Both the position numbers and the translations under genes were made by a program. Source: Octopus bimaculoides (Eukaryota). Taken from it: a DNA stretch of 63,745 bases. Below are positions 62,946 through 63,745 of the stretch, piece after piece. The notes beneath the pieces were generated by a model. That model was not told the DNA's origin. It searched no databases and saw nothing but the letters and a program-made list of their open reading frames with translations. The DNA is taken from NCBI RefSeq assembly GCF_001194135.2, contig NC_068982.1, positions 91,899,156-91,962,900 on the forward strand. The letters are read 5' to 3'. Within the stretch, counting starts at the first letter, position 1, and each line of letters begins with the position of its first letter.

Positions 62946-63708
62946 AATAATAATGATAATGATAATCCTTTCTACTAAAAGCACAAGGCCTGAAATTTGT
63001 GGGGAGGGGACTAGTTGATTACATCAACCCCAGTGTTTCACTGGTACTTAATTTATCGACACTGAAAGGATGAAAGGTAAGGCTGACCTTGACGGAATTT
63101 GAATTCAAAACATAGCAACAGATGAAATACAACTAAATATATCGCCCAGCATGCTAACGATTCTGCCAGCTTGCTGCCTTATATAATAATTGTAATAACA
63201 ATACTAATGTGAAGATGTGGAAGATTTCTACAAAGGTAATCCTAGTAGTTATTTGTGCCCTAGGTCAGTGCTTCTCAAACTATCTGATGTGGCATACCTG
63301 CAGTTTTTTTACCAATGTGCTAGGGACTGGTAATATTTCTTAGTAATATATATATATATATAGTGTGTGTGTGTGTGTGTTTGTGAACTTTGCTTTCCAT
63401 CCTTTCATGACTGATAAAAAACGTACTAATTGTGATTTGGCAGACTACATGTTTTGCATTATTTGTTCTGGTGCCTAGTTTTCTGAGTTCAAATCCCATA
63501 GTGTCCTACTTAGATATTAAATTTAATCCATCACCCAGCTTATCACCACCACTTATTACCTTGGTTACTGTCAGTGGAACCCACTCTACTACAAGCATTT
63601 GGGCCAGGTTTCTGATTAAAGGATAACTTACTCCTTGCCTTCTGCTCATCTCAGAAACCCTGTAAAGGGTTATAGGCAATTCCTTCTTACTAAAAGTTTA
63701 TATATATA

Positions 63709-63745
<37 letters not shown>

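Noticed and set aside
7422-63180. tRNA genes suggested by A/B-box-like motifs
   Set aside because: All occur as heads of multi-copy SINEs with bodies and tails; no cloverleaf could be completed.

Overview
AT-rich, microsatellite-rich animal genomic DNA with eight N-gaps. The SINE/LINE families look like Octopus (inference from recalled repeats). The one supported host gene is a minus-strand Dbl-family RhoGEF (DH plus start of a PH-like region, resembling Drosophila RhoGEF64C by recall). Seven GT-AG exons between 40630 and 4340 join into one open frame of 305 codons; the N- and C-termini were not found. The rest is mostly transposon debris: tRNA-type SINEs, RTE/RTE-X, CR1, R4/Dong-like and Penelope-like pieces, mariner/Tigger/hAT/piggyBac-type elements, two Helitron copies, and a near full-length but decayed 3.76 kb HERO-like RLE retrotransposon. 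Most interesting non-coding signals: (1) five tandem GAAAGA-hexaloop hairpins at the 5' end of the HERO-like element, where nearly all stem mismatches are explained by CpG decay; (2) a canonical minimal hammerhead ribozyme with palindromic stem III at 46470-46514; (3) a retrozyme-like tandem-plus-inverted array with three hammerhead motifs at 27058-28012; (4) a short 28S rRNA fragment that looks retroposed in antisense; (5) several long intronic inverted repeats. All alignments and folds were done by eye; no searches were run.
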